From: Balanoglossus misakiensis
Taxonomy: Eukaryota; Animalia; Hemichordata
Reading direction: 5' to 3'
DNA length: 64,000 nucleotides
Assembly: GCA_040954595.2 (NCBI GenBank)
Contig: CM082590.2
Span: 5,766,001 to 5,830,000, forward strand
Part shown: positions 32,183 to 46,400 of the stretch, in pieces
Position numbering within the stretch: the first letter of the stretch is position 1
Layout: every line of letters starts with the position of its first letter
Position numbers and translations under genes: made by a program
Notes under the pieces: model-generated
What the model saw: only the letters and a program-made list of their open reading frames with translations
Told to the model about the DNA's origin: nothing
The model's database searches: none

Positions 32183-34151
32183 GATAGATAGATAGATAGA
32201 TAATTTTTATTATAGTGACTAGTGTTTTTTCAACACCAAGCCACAACGGGCTTATTAGTCACTTTAAACAAAAAGAAATACATATTCATCTGAGTTGCTG
32301 TTCATGATACACACACAAAAATGAAGTAAAAACTACACAGGTATCTGAAAAATCTCGCACAGAAATTGCAGACAAAAAATGTAGGTTGTCAGCGTACTTC
32401 GTAGAGTACAGACTGCCGTTTCCAATAAGCTTTAGCAATAAATTTTGATGTGCTTCGACTCATTTCATTGAGGAGCAGTTTTAGTTTCTCTATTTCTGAC
32501 AAATCTTGGAACTCTGAAAAATGCTTACTGGTAATATCAAATAAATGCTCTCGATATTCAGTATATAAGGTGCAGTGCAAAAGAAAATGAAATTCGTCTT
32601 CCACTGCATTCTCTGAACAAAATATGCAAGTTCTATCATTTAAAGCTTCCCCTCTAAATCTGCCTGTTTCTACTCGTAATGGCAAAATTCCTAATCTGAG
32701 TTGAGCTAGGAAAGAGCGTTTACCAAGATCCAGAATACATGAAAGATATGATTCTTTTCCATAGCACGTTTTAAAATGTCTATAAGTACGCAGTTTTGGA
32801 ATGTTAATAATATTGTTTGACCAAGAAGCAATTGTATCAGCATGGAGCTTTTCTTTTAAGTGATCAATGTCACAAATTCCCCCATTTTCTAGTACATCAA
32901 TGTCCACAGAATTAAAAATTTCATTCATTTCAAAACTCCAATTATTTATGCATAACGAATTATCCCACATGAAAATACGCTTACACAATCTTTGTTCGTC
33001 CATTTTGACCAACCTATTCCAAAGTCTAGCCATGTTAACATAATGCCTAGTTTTTGACGATATCCAGCCAGTGTCTCCAACCACTGCTGCAGTAGGTGCA
33101 AATCTATGTACACCAAGATAAAATCTAAGAGCTCTTAATTGAATCTTATTACTATTCATGGAATTATTAAAACCCCATATTCCTGAGCAGTAATCCATAA
33201 TTGGAACGACACAACTGTCATAAAGTTTTGAAAATGTCTTAAATCCCATGTTCTTGATGGATTTAAATTTAGAACAAATATAACCTAGAGCTCTATTGGC
33301 AGATTCTGATAATAACTCCGACATAATTCTGAAATTTAAACATTCATCAAATATAACCCCGAGATATTTACAATTCTTAACATAATCAATTTTCACTCCT
33401 GACATATAAAACATGAAATCACTTCTAGCATATGACCTTTTTCTAAAATGAACAACGTGAGATTTCTTGATATTTATCTGAAGTCGCCACTTTATACACC
33501 AGTCCGTAATAAAATCCAACATTTGCTGCATATTTTCTTCATTATCAGAGATAACTGCAATGTCATCAGCATATAACAAGATAGACACATTATCACCACC
33601 GATCTGTACTCCTTTTTGAAGATTTTTCAGACCAACTGCCAAATCATTGATAAACAAAGCAAACAACGTTGGTGATAAGTTGTCACCCTGTCTAACACCA
33701 ATGTCTGTGTTAAACCAATCAGAATAACAGTTGTTAACCTTTACACACGCTGAAGTATTTGAGTACATGGCAGAAATCGAATTATACATCTTACCATTAA
33801 TGTTGTTAATTAAAAGTTTATAAAGAAGAAGGTTTCTGTCAACAAAGTCAAAGGCCTTTTGTAGGTCAACAAAAGTAACAAAGGTGGAAAGATTATTGTT
33901 AAGCCTATTTCTAATAATAGAGGTTAAAGTATAAACATGATCTTCACATGACCTATCTTTACGAAACCCATTCTGTTCATCTACAAGCAAATTGTTGTTA
34001 TCAAGAAAACATATTAATCTATTGTTTAATACAGCACTATATATTTTTGAAATTACAGAAATTAAACTTATACCCCTGTAATTAAGTGGGACTCTAGCAT
34101 CACTTGTTTTACATTTCAAAATCGGTAAAATGATTATGGCATACCATAGTC
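32183..34151 (-). mobile_element. 5'-truncated LINE (CR1/L2-group-like) with open RT ORF 34151-32389
   Basis: NYRGISL, DLQKAFD, GVRQGD, YADD, C-terminal CxxC..EDEFHFLLHC; (TATC)n 3' tail at 32183-32202. The ORF's first residues come from the adjacent MITE. Confidence 0.92.
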
Positions 34152-34499
34152 TTAAAGGAACAAAGTCTCTCTCTCGCTGCCCCTTTTTCATTAATTATGT
34201 TTGATACAAGACACTGTTTATGTTATTCTACATGTGGATATATAGTGAATCAATGTTCGACCACACACAACTTCCATCCCACTTGTAGACACGAGAGTTA
34301 AAAAACTCGCCAAAAAGAATAATCAGTGTTTACCATTTATTCATTTTGGTGAGATTTTCACTCTCATATCCTACAAACGGGATGGAAAATGTGTGTGGTC
34401 GAACGTTGATTCACTATATATCCACATGTAGAATAACATAATTATCAAACATAATTAATGGAAAAAGGGCAGTGAGAGAGAGAGACATTGTCCCTTTAA
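34152..34499. mobile_element. Kolobok-like palindromic MITE, family 1
   Basis: TTAA-AGG(G/A)ACAAAGTCTC ... GTCCCT-TTAA; further copies listed below. Confidence 0.8.
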
Positions 34500-34800
34500 G
34501 GTAAGGTAAAGTTAGGAAGGTACTGAAGGCAGGATTCTGTGCCTCTATATTCAGCTTCAAATCAGTCTGTCCTTGGAGTGGTTTTGTCGGATCTGATTTG
34601 CATGATTTAGCTTTCAGAGTAGTTGTATTTCATGGGTGGTTTTGGCAGAAATTTATCGAGACGTTCTTGAAAGAGTTCACAGAATTTGTGGTGACAACAT
34701 GGTCCAGTAGGTTGTTCCAAATTGCAGCTGTCCTATTTGTGAAGAAATTTCTTCCGGTGTTCTGGTGTTTAGTCTTATAGTCATATAGAATTTTGAGAAG
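34500..34800 (-). mobile_element. CR1-type LINE 3' end fragment
   Basis: Minus-strand translation FFTNRTAAIWNNLLDHVVTTNSVNSFK resembles the CR1 ORF2 C-terminus; short cctta(c)-type tail. Confidence 0.65.
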
Positions 34801-34908
34801 AGTGTTGCAATATTATCGTCCTATTCCAGGATGCTGTGATTCTTCCCAGCCGAACTAAGCTATCGCAAGAAAAGACAAAATGTTCCCTTGTAGTCATAGG
34901 AATAAATT

Positions 34909-35335
34909 AAAGCTGCAAGCAGCATTGATGGGACCCAAGCAAACTGAGGTAATCATGACAAAATGGATGGGTTATAGGCTCATGTAAATTGTCAAAAACT
35001 GACAAATTCTGGACTTTGCGCATTTGGGTGATTTTGTCATTTTTGGACATTTTTCATGGGTTATAGCTCATGAAAATCATCAAAAAATGAGGTCACCCCA
35101 AATTTGGGATAAAAGTTTAGACTCCATATTGGTCCATATGCAACAAAAGCCAGACTTTTAGCCCTTTTGGTTAGCCTGGATTTAGGTATGCACATAATTA
35201 ATGAGTTAAGTAGGTGTCACAGGTGACCCCCGAATTTGACATTTCATTATGGTCCCATCCCTCCAAGCGCCAAGGTTGTATCTGTTCTGGATGCCTAGAT
35301 ACGGGAAAGTAGGCCAAAGGTCACCTGAGGTCACT
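34909..35335. mobile_element. HINE-like family fragment (inverse orientation to 1-3357)
   Basis: Starts ttaaagctgcaagcagc; contains cataattaatgagttaag and aggtcacctgaggtcac; interrupts the first 196-bp satellite unit. Confidence 0.55.
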
Positions 35336-37797
35336 ATGAGCCGCAGTTGTCTGTAACATGCGCACAGTACAGTAGGGTACACACACAAAGGCAGTAACGG
35401 GATTAAACCATTTCAGTTACAGGGGAACATACTCCTATTCCAAGCTGTAGTGATTCCTCCAAGCCGAACTAAACTATGGCAAGAAAAGACAAAATGTTCC
35501 CTTGTAGTCATAGGAATAAATTATGGCACCTATGAGCCACGGTTGTCTGTAACACGCACACAGTACAGAAGGGTACACACACAAAGGCAGTAACGGGATT
35601 AGACCATTTCAGTTACAGGGGGACATACTCCTATTCCGAGCTGTAGTGATTCCTCCCAGCCGAACTAAACTATGGCAAGAAAAGACAAAATGTTCCCTTG
35701 TAGTCATAGGAATAAATTATGGCACCTATGAGCCGCGGTTGTCTGTAACACACACACAGTACAGAAGGGTACACACACAAAGGCAGTAACGGGATTGAAC
35801 CATTTCAGTTACAGGGGAACGTACTCCTATTCCGAGCTGTAGTGATTCTTCCCAGCCGAACTAGTCATAGGAATAAATTATGGCACCTATGCACCGCGAT
35901 TGTCTTTAACATGCACACAGTACAGAAGGGTACACACACAAAGGCAGTAACGGGATTGAACCATTTCAGTTACAGGGGAACATACTCCTATTCCGAGCTG
36001 TAGTGATTCCTCCCAGCCGAACTAAACTATCGCAAGAAAAGACAAAATGTTCCCTTGTAGTCATAGGAATAAATTATGGCACCTATGAGCCACGGTTGTC
36101 TGTAACACGCACACAGTACAGAAGGGTACACACACAAAGGCAGTAATGGGATTAAACCATTTCAGTTACAGGGGAACATACTCCTATTCCGAGCTGTAGT
36201 GATTCCTCCCAGCCGAACTAAACTATCGCAAGAAAAGACAAAATGTTCCCTTGTAGTCATAGGAATAAATTATGGCACCTATGAGCCACGGTTGTCTGTA
36301 ACACGCACACAGTACAGAAGGGTACACACACAAAGGCAGTAATGGGATTAAACCATTTCAGTTACAGGGGAACATACTCCTATTCCGAGCTGTAGTGATT
36401 CCTCCCAGCCGAACTAAACTATGGCAAGAAAAGACAAAATGTTCCCTTGTAGTCATAGGAATAAATTATGGCACCTATGAGCCGCAGTTGTCTGTAACAC
36501 GCACACAGTACAGAAGGGTACACACACAAAGGCAGTAATGGGATTAAACCATTTCAGTTACAGGGGAACATACTCCTATTCCGAGCTGTAGTGATTCCTC
36601 CCAGCCGAACTAAACTATCGCAAGAAAAGACAAAATGTTCCCTTGTAGTCATAGGAATAAATTATGGCACCTATGAGCCACGGTTGTCTGTAACACGCAC
36701 ACAGTACAGAAGGGTACACACACAAAGGCAGTAATGGGATTAAACCATTTCAGTTACAGGGGAACATACTCCTATTCCGAGCTGTAGTGATTCCTCCCAG
36801 CCGAACTAAACTATGGCAAGAAAAGACAAAATGTTCCCTTGTAGTCATAGGAATAAATTATGGCACCTATGAGCCGCAGTTGTCTGTAACACGCACACAG
36901 TACAGAAGGGTACACACACAAAGGCAGTAATGGGATTAAACCATTTCAGTTACAGGGGAACATACTCCTATTCCGAGCTGTAGTGATTCCTCCCAGCCGA
37001 ACTAAACTATGGCAAGAAAAGACAAAATGTTCCCTTGTAGTCATAGGAATAAATTATGGCACCTATGAGCCGCGGTTGTCTGTAACACGCACACAGTACA
37101 GAAGGGTACACACACAAAGGCAGTAACGGGACTAAACCATTTCAGTTACAGGGGAACATACTCCTATTCCGAGCTGTAGTGATTCCTCCCAGCCGAACTA
37201 AACTATGGCAAGAAAAGACAAAATGTTCCCTTGTAGTCATAGGAATAAATTATGGCACCTATGAGCCGCGGTTGTCTGTAACACGCACACAGTACAGAAG
37301 GGTACACACACAAAGGCAGTAATGGGATTAAACCATTTCAGTTACAGGGGAACATACTCCTATTCCGAGCTGTAGTGATTCCTCCCAGCCGAACTAAACT
37401 ATGGCAAGAAAAGACAAAATGTTCCCTTGTAGTCATAGGAATAAATTATGGCACCTATGTGCCGCGGTTGTCTGTAACACGCACACAGTACAGAAGGGTA
37501 CACACACAAAGGCAGTAACGGGATTAAACCATTTCAGTTACAGGAGAACGTACTCCTATTCTGAGCTGTAATGATTCCTCCCAGCCGAACTAAACTATGG
37601 CAAGAAAAGACAAAATGTTCCCTTGTAGTCATAGGAATAAATTATGGCACCTATGAGCCGTGGTTGTCTGTAACATGCACACAGTACAGAAGGGTACACA
37701 CACAAATGCAGTAACGAGATTAAACCATTTCAGTTACAGGGGGACATACTCCTATTCCGAGCTGTAGTGATTCCTCCCAGCCGAACTAAACTATCGC
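35335..37797. repeat. Satellite, 196-bp unit, about 12-13 copies
   Basis: ctcctattccgagc at 36181, 36377...; partial unit at 34818-34909. Confidence 0.97.
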
Positions 37798-38104
37798 CAA
37801 AAAAATAACAGTCAAGAAAAACATTCCCTTTTAGTCACCTGTTTATTGCACACAAAAATAAACACACCCTTGATTACATTACAGCAATACCAGTTACCCA
37901 ATAAACAAGACATAACTTGTATTTACAAAATCCATCATTAATTTAGATAATAATGTTACAATGCATATACATGTATAGCAAATACACAGGGGGGTGGGGA
38001 TTTCATGTGTGAATATATTTATCATCGACAAAAACTAACAATGTTATACAAAATTGCATTGGTCTGTACATGTTATTGTGGAGTTACTTTCTATCAGATA
38101 TAGC

Positions 38105-38305
38105 ATGACAGCCAATTAGGTTTTACTTGTGACCAGACAGCCAATCAGGTTTCATGTATAAAACCAAATAGCCAATCAGGTTTCTTGTATAAAACCAAAC
38201 AGCCAATCAAGTTTCATGTATAAAACCAAACAACCAATCAGGTTTCATGTATAAAACCAAACAGCCAATCAAGTTTCATGCATAAAACCAAACAGCCAAT
38301 CAGGT
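38105..38305. repeat. 31-bp minisatellite carrying CCAAT boxes, about 6-7 copies
   Basis: ccaaacagccaatcaggtttcatgtataaaa repeated. Confidence 0.85.
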
Positions 38306-39361
38306 TATATTTATTACTTCCCTCACAAATATGAGTTCAAAGTAACACCCTTGATGTGATTGGTCAATATATGGCCTTGCATTGAATTCAACTGAATGAT
38401 GGCTGTGTGAGGGCGCTCGACTTACGAAATGGATGTATGCAAATCTGCATTGAAGCTGTTGCTTGCTGAAGTTACCGGGGGCAACAAGGTCATTGAACTG
38501 AACAACTGCAAAATCTCATTTTCAGGTAGCCTGTAATATTAACTGTAATATCAAAATATTTTGTAAAAATAAAGACATTATGAATATAACAGCTGTCAGT
38601 CAATAGGCCATTTTCATGACCCCTGAGTGACCTTACATCTTGGTGTATTGGTGGTATGACATCATCATTCAACATTTACATACAAGATTCAGACAATTTT
38701 TTGTTCTAGGTTGAGAAATTTGACCGATAGACGAATCAAGCGTTTAAACCCCAAGTGGTAAACTCATACCTGGAAATTGCCAGGATGTAAAGGTCATAGA
38801 GAGGTCATTTCACACAGACATATATGAGCGAACCACTGAGACCATGTTTGAATGCCAAACTTTCAGAATGACACGAACTGTGAAAAAAAACTTCACTTAG
38901 AGATAGTAATTACTGGTTACATAGTGGTAATAACTGGTAGAGTGTGGTAAAAGGTAGTTATTTGTCCAGCACATCAGACCAAACTAGTTCCTGCACAGAC
39001 CAAAATAGTGAAACAAAAATCAAAAGTTACAACCACTCTTCATTTACACATATGCAAATTTTGCCCTTCTTTTTCTGCGGATTTTTCTAGTGGTAATGGT
39101 AGTTTTATGGTAAATAAAAGGGAAACAAAAGTATTCACACACAAAAGTTTTTTTGACAAGACCAAATTGTCCAGAAGACTTTAAAATGGCTAGTATGATG
39201 ACCCCCTAAGTGACCTTTAAATCCTGGTGTTCTGTTGATATCAGACACTATTCAACGTTACATTAACATCAATATTATTTAACAATAAAATTCTATTTTG
39301 TTTTAGTTCTGGGATGAGTGTGAGTGCACAAACTCAAAAGTATGAATAACTGTCCAAGAGC

Positions 39362-39753
39362 TTAAGGATGTACACGCAGAACATAAACTGATAAACAGTG
39401 CATGTGTGTCTTTTGCCCATAGGATTACATTAATATTTGCTAGAAAACAAACTTCTACTATTGTCATTTTCACGAAATTTTACACATAAATATGTAATAC
39501 AGTATTAATATAAATTCATTGGTCAAATAAAATCGCGTGGTCACCGCGCTCTATTTTGAGATAAATTTTGTTAAAATTTTTGCCCATAGACAAAGCATTG
39601 GTGAAATATGCCGAGTCAGCAGTTTTTTTCTATTATCGATTAAATTCATGTCTCTGTGTTTCGGGTTTTCATTATACATACACAGGATAATCCAAAAATC
39701 AACAATTAAAAAAAATGACAATACTTTCAATTTTACTTAACGTACATCCTTAA
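39362..39753. mobile_element. Kolobok-like MITE, family 2
   Basis: TTAA-GGATGTAC ... GTACATCC-TTAA; related copies at ~43937-44346, ~44781-44996 and from 51352. Confidence 0.75.
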
Positions 39754-41063
39754 AACTCAAAATGGTCAACTCATATCGACAAAATGCCAGGATGTAAAGG
39801 TCATGTAGGGGTCACGAAAGTGGCCATTTTGAAAGCTGTGCGACACAGCACGCCAGATCAAAACTGAAACAGAACACAACTTACAATGAGACACAAAAAA
39901 ATATTCTTGTACAAAAAAATGAACGCTTACAAAAAATGCTTGGAATGAATTCTCTACAGATTTTGGTTGTCCCTCTGGGGTGACATCTGATAGCTTTGTC
40001 ACCCCTACCACCCCTGTTCCTTGTAAAGTGGTTTCAACCATACCATTGACATTACTAGGGTTACACCAATGCCTGATAGTGATGGGTAAAACAGAAATCA
40101 CATGTTCCAGACATGATGTTTGATAGTGTCATGAAATAAAAACATGAAACAAAATTTAAAGGTATTCAGTCACCTATGCAAATTTAGCTACAGTTGCCAT
40201 GGCAAATTAAGATCTAGCCAATCACAGATTTTCAGTGGGTGGCACATGAAAAAAAATAGAGCCATCATATGTTCTTTAGAACACTAAAATACACCATTTC
40301 AGCCATATATGGGCATATGTAAATTAAAGGTGACTGTATACCTTTAATGGAAGCACTACAGTTTTGTATCAAAATAACAAGAATGTAGTAAACACAGATG
40401 GAATTGGACAGACCTATATGTTGGTGGTTTTTAAAAAGAACAAAACTATTTCCGAGGCCAGCTTGTTGAAAACTGGGATGATTCTACTATTAACTACAGA
40501 CTTGGCTGAAAACAGTTTACAAAAAAATGCTAAATAAACTCTATACATGCAAAAAACTGTAAATGAAAAAAAAAATTAAATAAACCAATAAGATATCACA
40601 ATAATTTGATATCAGCTCTTTTCAAGAGAAAATTACATGCTAAACAATTACAATCGAAATAATGTTTTAAACTTGTATCTTTTTATTCTATTTTATCATT
40701 GAAAGTAAATTGTAAATGGGCATTAATTTGTTACGTTTATCCCACGAGGGCGGTGTTGTGGAGAGCGCCCTCATATGACAAACCTTGGAGACTAATTGGT
40801 GTGCACTTCAATGTGATTAGTTTTGTGTATTTGAATGTAATTTGCATATTTGCTGACTTAGTTTGAATCGGCCATCTTGGCTTCTTGATTTAACACCACA
40901 TTTCTGTATCAAAATCTCTGTTAGGCATTTCATCAGTATTATTGGGGATTTACTTGGCAGAAAAACTTCCACCTAGACAATATTTCTGATCAAAAATAAT
41001 CCTAATATTATGAAGCTTCAACATATTTCATACATCATCATATAATAATTAAAGTGAAGAACT

Positions 41064-41262
41064 ATGTATGTATGTATGTATGTATGTATGTATGGGTGTA
41101 TGTATGTATGTATGTATGTATGTATGTATGTATGTCTGTCTGTCTGTCTGTATGTATGTATGTATGTATGTATGCATGTATATATGTATGCATGTATGTA
41201 TGTATGTATGTGTGTGTGTGTGTATGTACATACGTGTGTGTGTATGTGTGCATGTGTATGTA
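41064..41262. repeat. (TATG)n/(TG)n microsatellite
   Basis: Read directly. Confidence 0.95.
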
Positions 41263-43256
41263 TAAGTGTGTAAATGAGTCCCCAGTGTGGGGGTATATGC
41301 ATCTGTATGTGTATAACCCTATGTACTGGGGTGTCTGTGTGGCTGTATGTCAGATAATATGTAAAGGTATCAGGCAATCTGAGTGGCAATGATGGTGTTT
41401 GGCAACATTGAATGAGTGTGGTTATAAAACACAACAAATATTAACATGTCTATAGCTTGAAAAATTCGGTGAAAACATTCAATTTACAATTTATCACAAG
41501 TAATATTAAACCATATACTCAAATCACCCTGATTTTTTTTTCTCCAAAAATTTTGTTTATGCGAATGACATACACAAACACAATGTAAGTGTTGATAATA
41601 CCGTCAACCTTGCAATAGTTTTTCTTGCCATGGCAGACATCTTGTTTACAATATGTTTAAAATGGCATTTAAGGTCTCTCAGACAAACAAGAAATTACTC
41701 AGAAACTTATCCTACATTATTGTTACGAATCAAAAATATCTTCAGACAAACTATTGCAATATACAAATGTTCCTCAATTCTTGCTGCCTTAGATAGGTTT
41801 TTGCTTCATGCTAGGGGGTCAAATCACATTATAATAATTGCATTCTGGGTAAAAGGTCGACAATTCACTGTAGTTAAAAATAGAAGAAATAATATAAATA
41901 ATAATTTTAACTGCATTTCATGACTTCCTTTGGTCAAACATTTCTGTCTTTGTAGTTGACATATTAAAGTCATTCTTTTTCATATTTTTTTTTCTGATAC
42001 AATGTGTAAGAATGCCCAATTATCACTGAAGCTTATGAACATTCATTTCTTAAACTTAGCAAAAATTGGCCATCTTGAAATTGTGTCGACCATGTGAAAT
42101 TTTCATCACTCACCTAGGTAGCAAAAACTTACTTAAGGCAGCTAGAATTACACATGGATGTTAGCACACATGGATATTTCATATGTTGGACATTATCGTT
42201 TCCACATCGAGGTTCTGAGACAAAACATGGTTAAAGGCACACAGTCACCTATGCAAATTTCGGCCACCATTACTGTAGAAAATTGAGATCCAGCCAATCA
42301 CAGTTTTTTTGCGGGCTGACTCTGTGATCACTTGAAGACCTGGACATGCTCTTTTAACCATAAATGGGCATATGTAAATTACAGGTGCTTGTGACTGTAT
42401 ACCTTTAAGCCAGGCAGTATCATTGGATATCTGTACAACTGGTACTGACAAATTGGAAGACAACAGATGTAATGAGTACACTTTTGAATGCAAATGATAT
42501 ATGTTCATATGCAAACATATACCTTTACATGCAAATGAATATAGTCATATGCTAATGAGTACATTTTAGAATGCAAATTATAATTTCATATGCAAACATA
42601 TACGTTTGTATGAAAATGAATATACAGTCATATGCTAATGATATACTTTCATATGCAAATAGAAGTATCTACAATAAATGCAAAGCTGACAATAACACTC
42701 ATCAAAAAAAGAGTGATTATTTGGATATAATTACAACAAATTCACACTATTTTTTTTACAGTTATTACAAATTAACTTGCGTTAGGGCTTTATATCAAAG
42801 AGAAATATTGTTATCAATTTTATGAAGACTAAAATCATGCTGAGCTTCCAGAGACGACTGCGTCAATATAGGACTTGTTGCTACGACAACAATGTTACTG
42901 ATCATTCTGAGGAAAGTCAACATTTGGATATTGCTATGACAACCACGACATATCCAGGTATTTGTACTGTTAGTATATTTGTTCACATCAGAAAATTTGC
43001 AAAATAAATAAACAAATGTTGCAGATATAAACATAATTTTACACCCCATCCCCCCAAAACAAGCTTCCACTCCAAAATGAACATGAAAAGTCAATTGGGT
43101 AATGGCCTTTCCATCCCTTCTCTTGCAATGGAACAGTGCTTGGACCACACCATATCATTGGGTCAACAGGTCAATTTAACTGTAGAATTAGGTCTTGAAT
43201 CCACTGCACTGGGCTAAACCAATATGTCAAGGAGGGTAAGGTCAGGTATTTCATAG

Positions 43257-43472
43257 TTATTTGTCGTCTGTATGTATAAATATTTGGATGTCATTTTCGG
43301 AATTTTGCAAGGGTTGATGAGCAGCAGCTTTCTTGGCGGCCATGAGTCTTTTTCTGGCTTCTTCTCGGGCTTCTTTGGCTTTGCTTGTTGTTGTTGTTGT
43401 TGTTTTGCCCGTTGTTTTCTTGGCTACATTCTTGTCTGTATTACTGACTCGCATCGGTTTCCGTGTTTTACT
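43257..43472 (-). CDS. DLGAP: DLGAP terminal exon
   Basis: tttttgttgcag| acceptor; EAREEARKRLMAAKKAAA; TAA stop. Confidence 0.9.
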   Translation of the reverse strand, partial: SKTRKPMRVSNTDKNVAKKTTGKTTTTTTSKAKEAREEARKRLMAAKKAAAHQPLQNSENDIQIFIHTDDK

Positions 43473-46400
43473 CTGCAACAAAAATGGTGACATAGTTGTG
43501 AATGTTCACATTTTATGCAAAGTAGGGTTATAGTTTGTAACAAAGTAGCTCCATTGTTGGAAATGGTCACATTTTATGCAAAGTAGGGTTATAGTTTGTA
43601 ACAAAATAGTTACATTGTTGGAAATGGTCACATTTTATGCAAAGTAGGGTTATAGTTTGTAACAAAATAGCTACATTGTTGGAAATGGTCACATTTTATG
43701 CAAAGTAGGGTTATAGTTTGTAACAAAATAGTTACAATACATTGTTGGAAATGGTCACAATTTATACAAAATTGTTTTGTTTTGGATGATACGTTCTTAT
43801 CACTTAAGCATTCATTGCAGTCTGGATCACAGGTGGCTTTTCATTTTAGGGCGTGGCGCAGACACTTAAAGATAGGGAGAATTGTGTCAACCATCCAAGA
43901 TTTTTATCACTCACCTAGGGAGCAAAACCCTATTTCAGGATGTACGTTCAGTAAAATTAAAATTAATGTCATTGTTTTAATTGTGGATTCTCCTGTGTAT
44001 GTATAATGAAAATCCGTAATAAAATATAGGGGTCACCGCGCTTGTTTTTGAAATACAGAGCCATGAATTTAGTCGAGAATAGAAAAAACTGCTGACTCAG
44101 CATTTTTCACCAATGGTTTGTCTATGGGCAAAAATTTTAACAAAATTTATCTCAAAATAGAGCGCGGTGACCACGCAATTTTATTTGACCAATGAATTTA
44201 TATTTACTGTATTACATATTTATGTGTAAAATTTGGTGAAAATGACAATAGTAGAAGTTTGTTTTCTAGCAAATATTAATGTAATCCTATGGGATAAAGA
44301 CACACATTCACTGTTTATCAGTTTATGTTCTGCGCGTACATCCTTAAGCTCTTGGACAGTTATTCATACTTTTTGAGTTTGTGCACTCACACTTATCCCA
44401 GAACTAAAAAAAAATTGAATTTTCTTGTTAAATAATATTGATGTTAATGTAACGTTGAATAGTGTCAGATATCAACAAAACACCAGGATTTAAAGGTCAC
44501 TTAGGGGGTCATCATACTAGCCATTTTAAAGTCTTCTGGACAATTTGGTCTTGTCATAAAAACTTTTTTGTGTGAATACTTTTGTTTCCCTTTTATTTAC
44601 CACAAAACTACCGTTACCACTAGAAAAATACGCAGAAAATTAAAAGAAGGGCAAAATTTGCATATGTGTAAATGAAGAGTGGTTGTAACTTTTGATTTTT
44701 GTTTCACTATTCTGGTCTGTGCAGGAACTAGTTTGGTCTGATGTGCTGGACAAATAACGACCTTTTACCACACTCTACCAATGGTTTGTCTATGGGCAAA
44801 ATTTTTAACGCAATTTATCTCAAAACAGAACGCGGTGACCCCTATATTTTATTTGACCAATGAATTTATATTTACTTGGACTGAGCTATGTGTGAAATTT
44901 CGAGAAAATGACAACAGTAGAAGTTTGTTTTCTAGCGATATCAATGTAATCCTGTGCGCAGTGTTTCCGGTTTATGTTCTGCGCGTACATCCTTAACGTA
45001 GAAAGAAGTGCGAGGACTTACTTGTTTTGATCTGCTAGGATTTTGTTGAGCTGGTAACTTCCAGCCATTTTGTTTCAGCAGACGGATTTCGTCGAACATT
45101 CGGTTCACGTCCTCCACTTGTATCATCACCATGTCCCAGAAGCCAGCCAAGTCTGAAGATGTCGTCTTCAAAGATGTCGATGGATCCGGGCTCTAGGTTC
45201 ACACAAAAACCAAAAGTATTGACTTGTAACAGATACAGTCAAAACCTGTGTACATGTATAGTGGCCAGTGTACCGTAATCTATCCTTCGGTTCGACCAGG
45301 AAAAAATAATTATTCTTTACAAAAAGACGAAACAATGGGGGTAAAAATGAGTCAAAGTGCCAGAAGACCCCCTCGGACATTTATGCAAATTAGGTTCAAA
45401 TAGGCTTCATGGTGCGATTGAAAATCAACGACACATTTCGCCACTTGTCCCATTTGTTGTTCCACATCAAATAAATGGAAGATCCGAGAAAATCCACACT
45501 TTTCCAGTTTTTGTACAGTCATCCTATAAGTATAAGCACTTCTACGGTACCGCCTGTGAGTCTTACAGCTTTGAAACCAGTGCATAATATAAAAGCATAG
45601 GGATGTGGGAACTTGCTTTGAGTTGGTCCCTTGGGACAAAGACGTTTTTAATTTATTCACGCACAGGGATGTATTTTTAGCCAGACAATGGCAAGACCTA
45701 GTTGCCTAGCAATTATCACCATGAACTTTGCTACAAGTTTCACTATCACTTCCACTGGGCGTCTCAATTTTTTCAGCAGAGCCCCAGCTGCAGTAAGTTC
45801 CGACTACCTCAAGGCTTTGCCTGTAGGTTTTGGGGCTCCTCATTTTACTGATGACCATCAGCAACAAGGCAAATTGACCGTTGACTAAGCAAGGTGCTAA
45901 ACATCACTCTTTTCAGAGGGGTAATTTTACATGCAAGCTCATTAGAAACTGCCACTTGTATCCCCTCAATTTTCAGCCACCCCCCTGTTACAAAATGACC
46001 CCTTTCCTTAATTAACTATTCACGCCTGATTTGAGGTCAGACAAGGGTCATTCATTCATGGCGGTTTGAGCTCAGGCCAAGGGGAAAACGGTTACGCGTT
46101 TAGCACTAGGCGAAATTGTAGGGGTTGTAAAATAATTAATTACCGGAAAAATAGTGGGTGGGCGAACTAATGGAGTGGTCGAACTGATAGAACGATTACG
46201 GTAGGTCATGTGCTGTTTCAACTTGCAAGTCTTGCTCAATATAATTTGCACATCTCCAGTGGATAAAGTCAATTTGCGTACTGGTATACGCGTACATTAT
46301 TTTTGCGTAAATATGGTCAGATATGCATTAAACATGCAGGATTTTGCATTAAAGGGACAAAGTCTTTCTCTTGCTGCCATTTTTCCATTAATTATGTTTG

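Noticed and set aside
11056-37797. Satellite arrays as CRISPR arrays or hammerhead-ribozyme (retrozyme) repeats
   Set aside because: Whole units repeat with no unique spacers, the context is eukaryotic, and I found no CTGANGA...GAAA core on either strand of the 225, 142 or 196-bp units.
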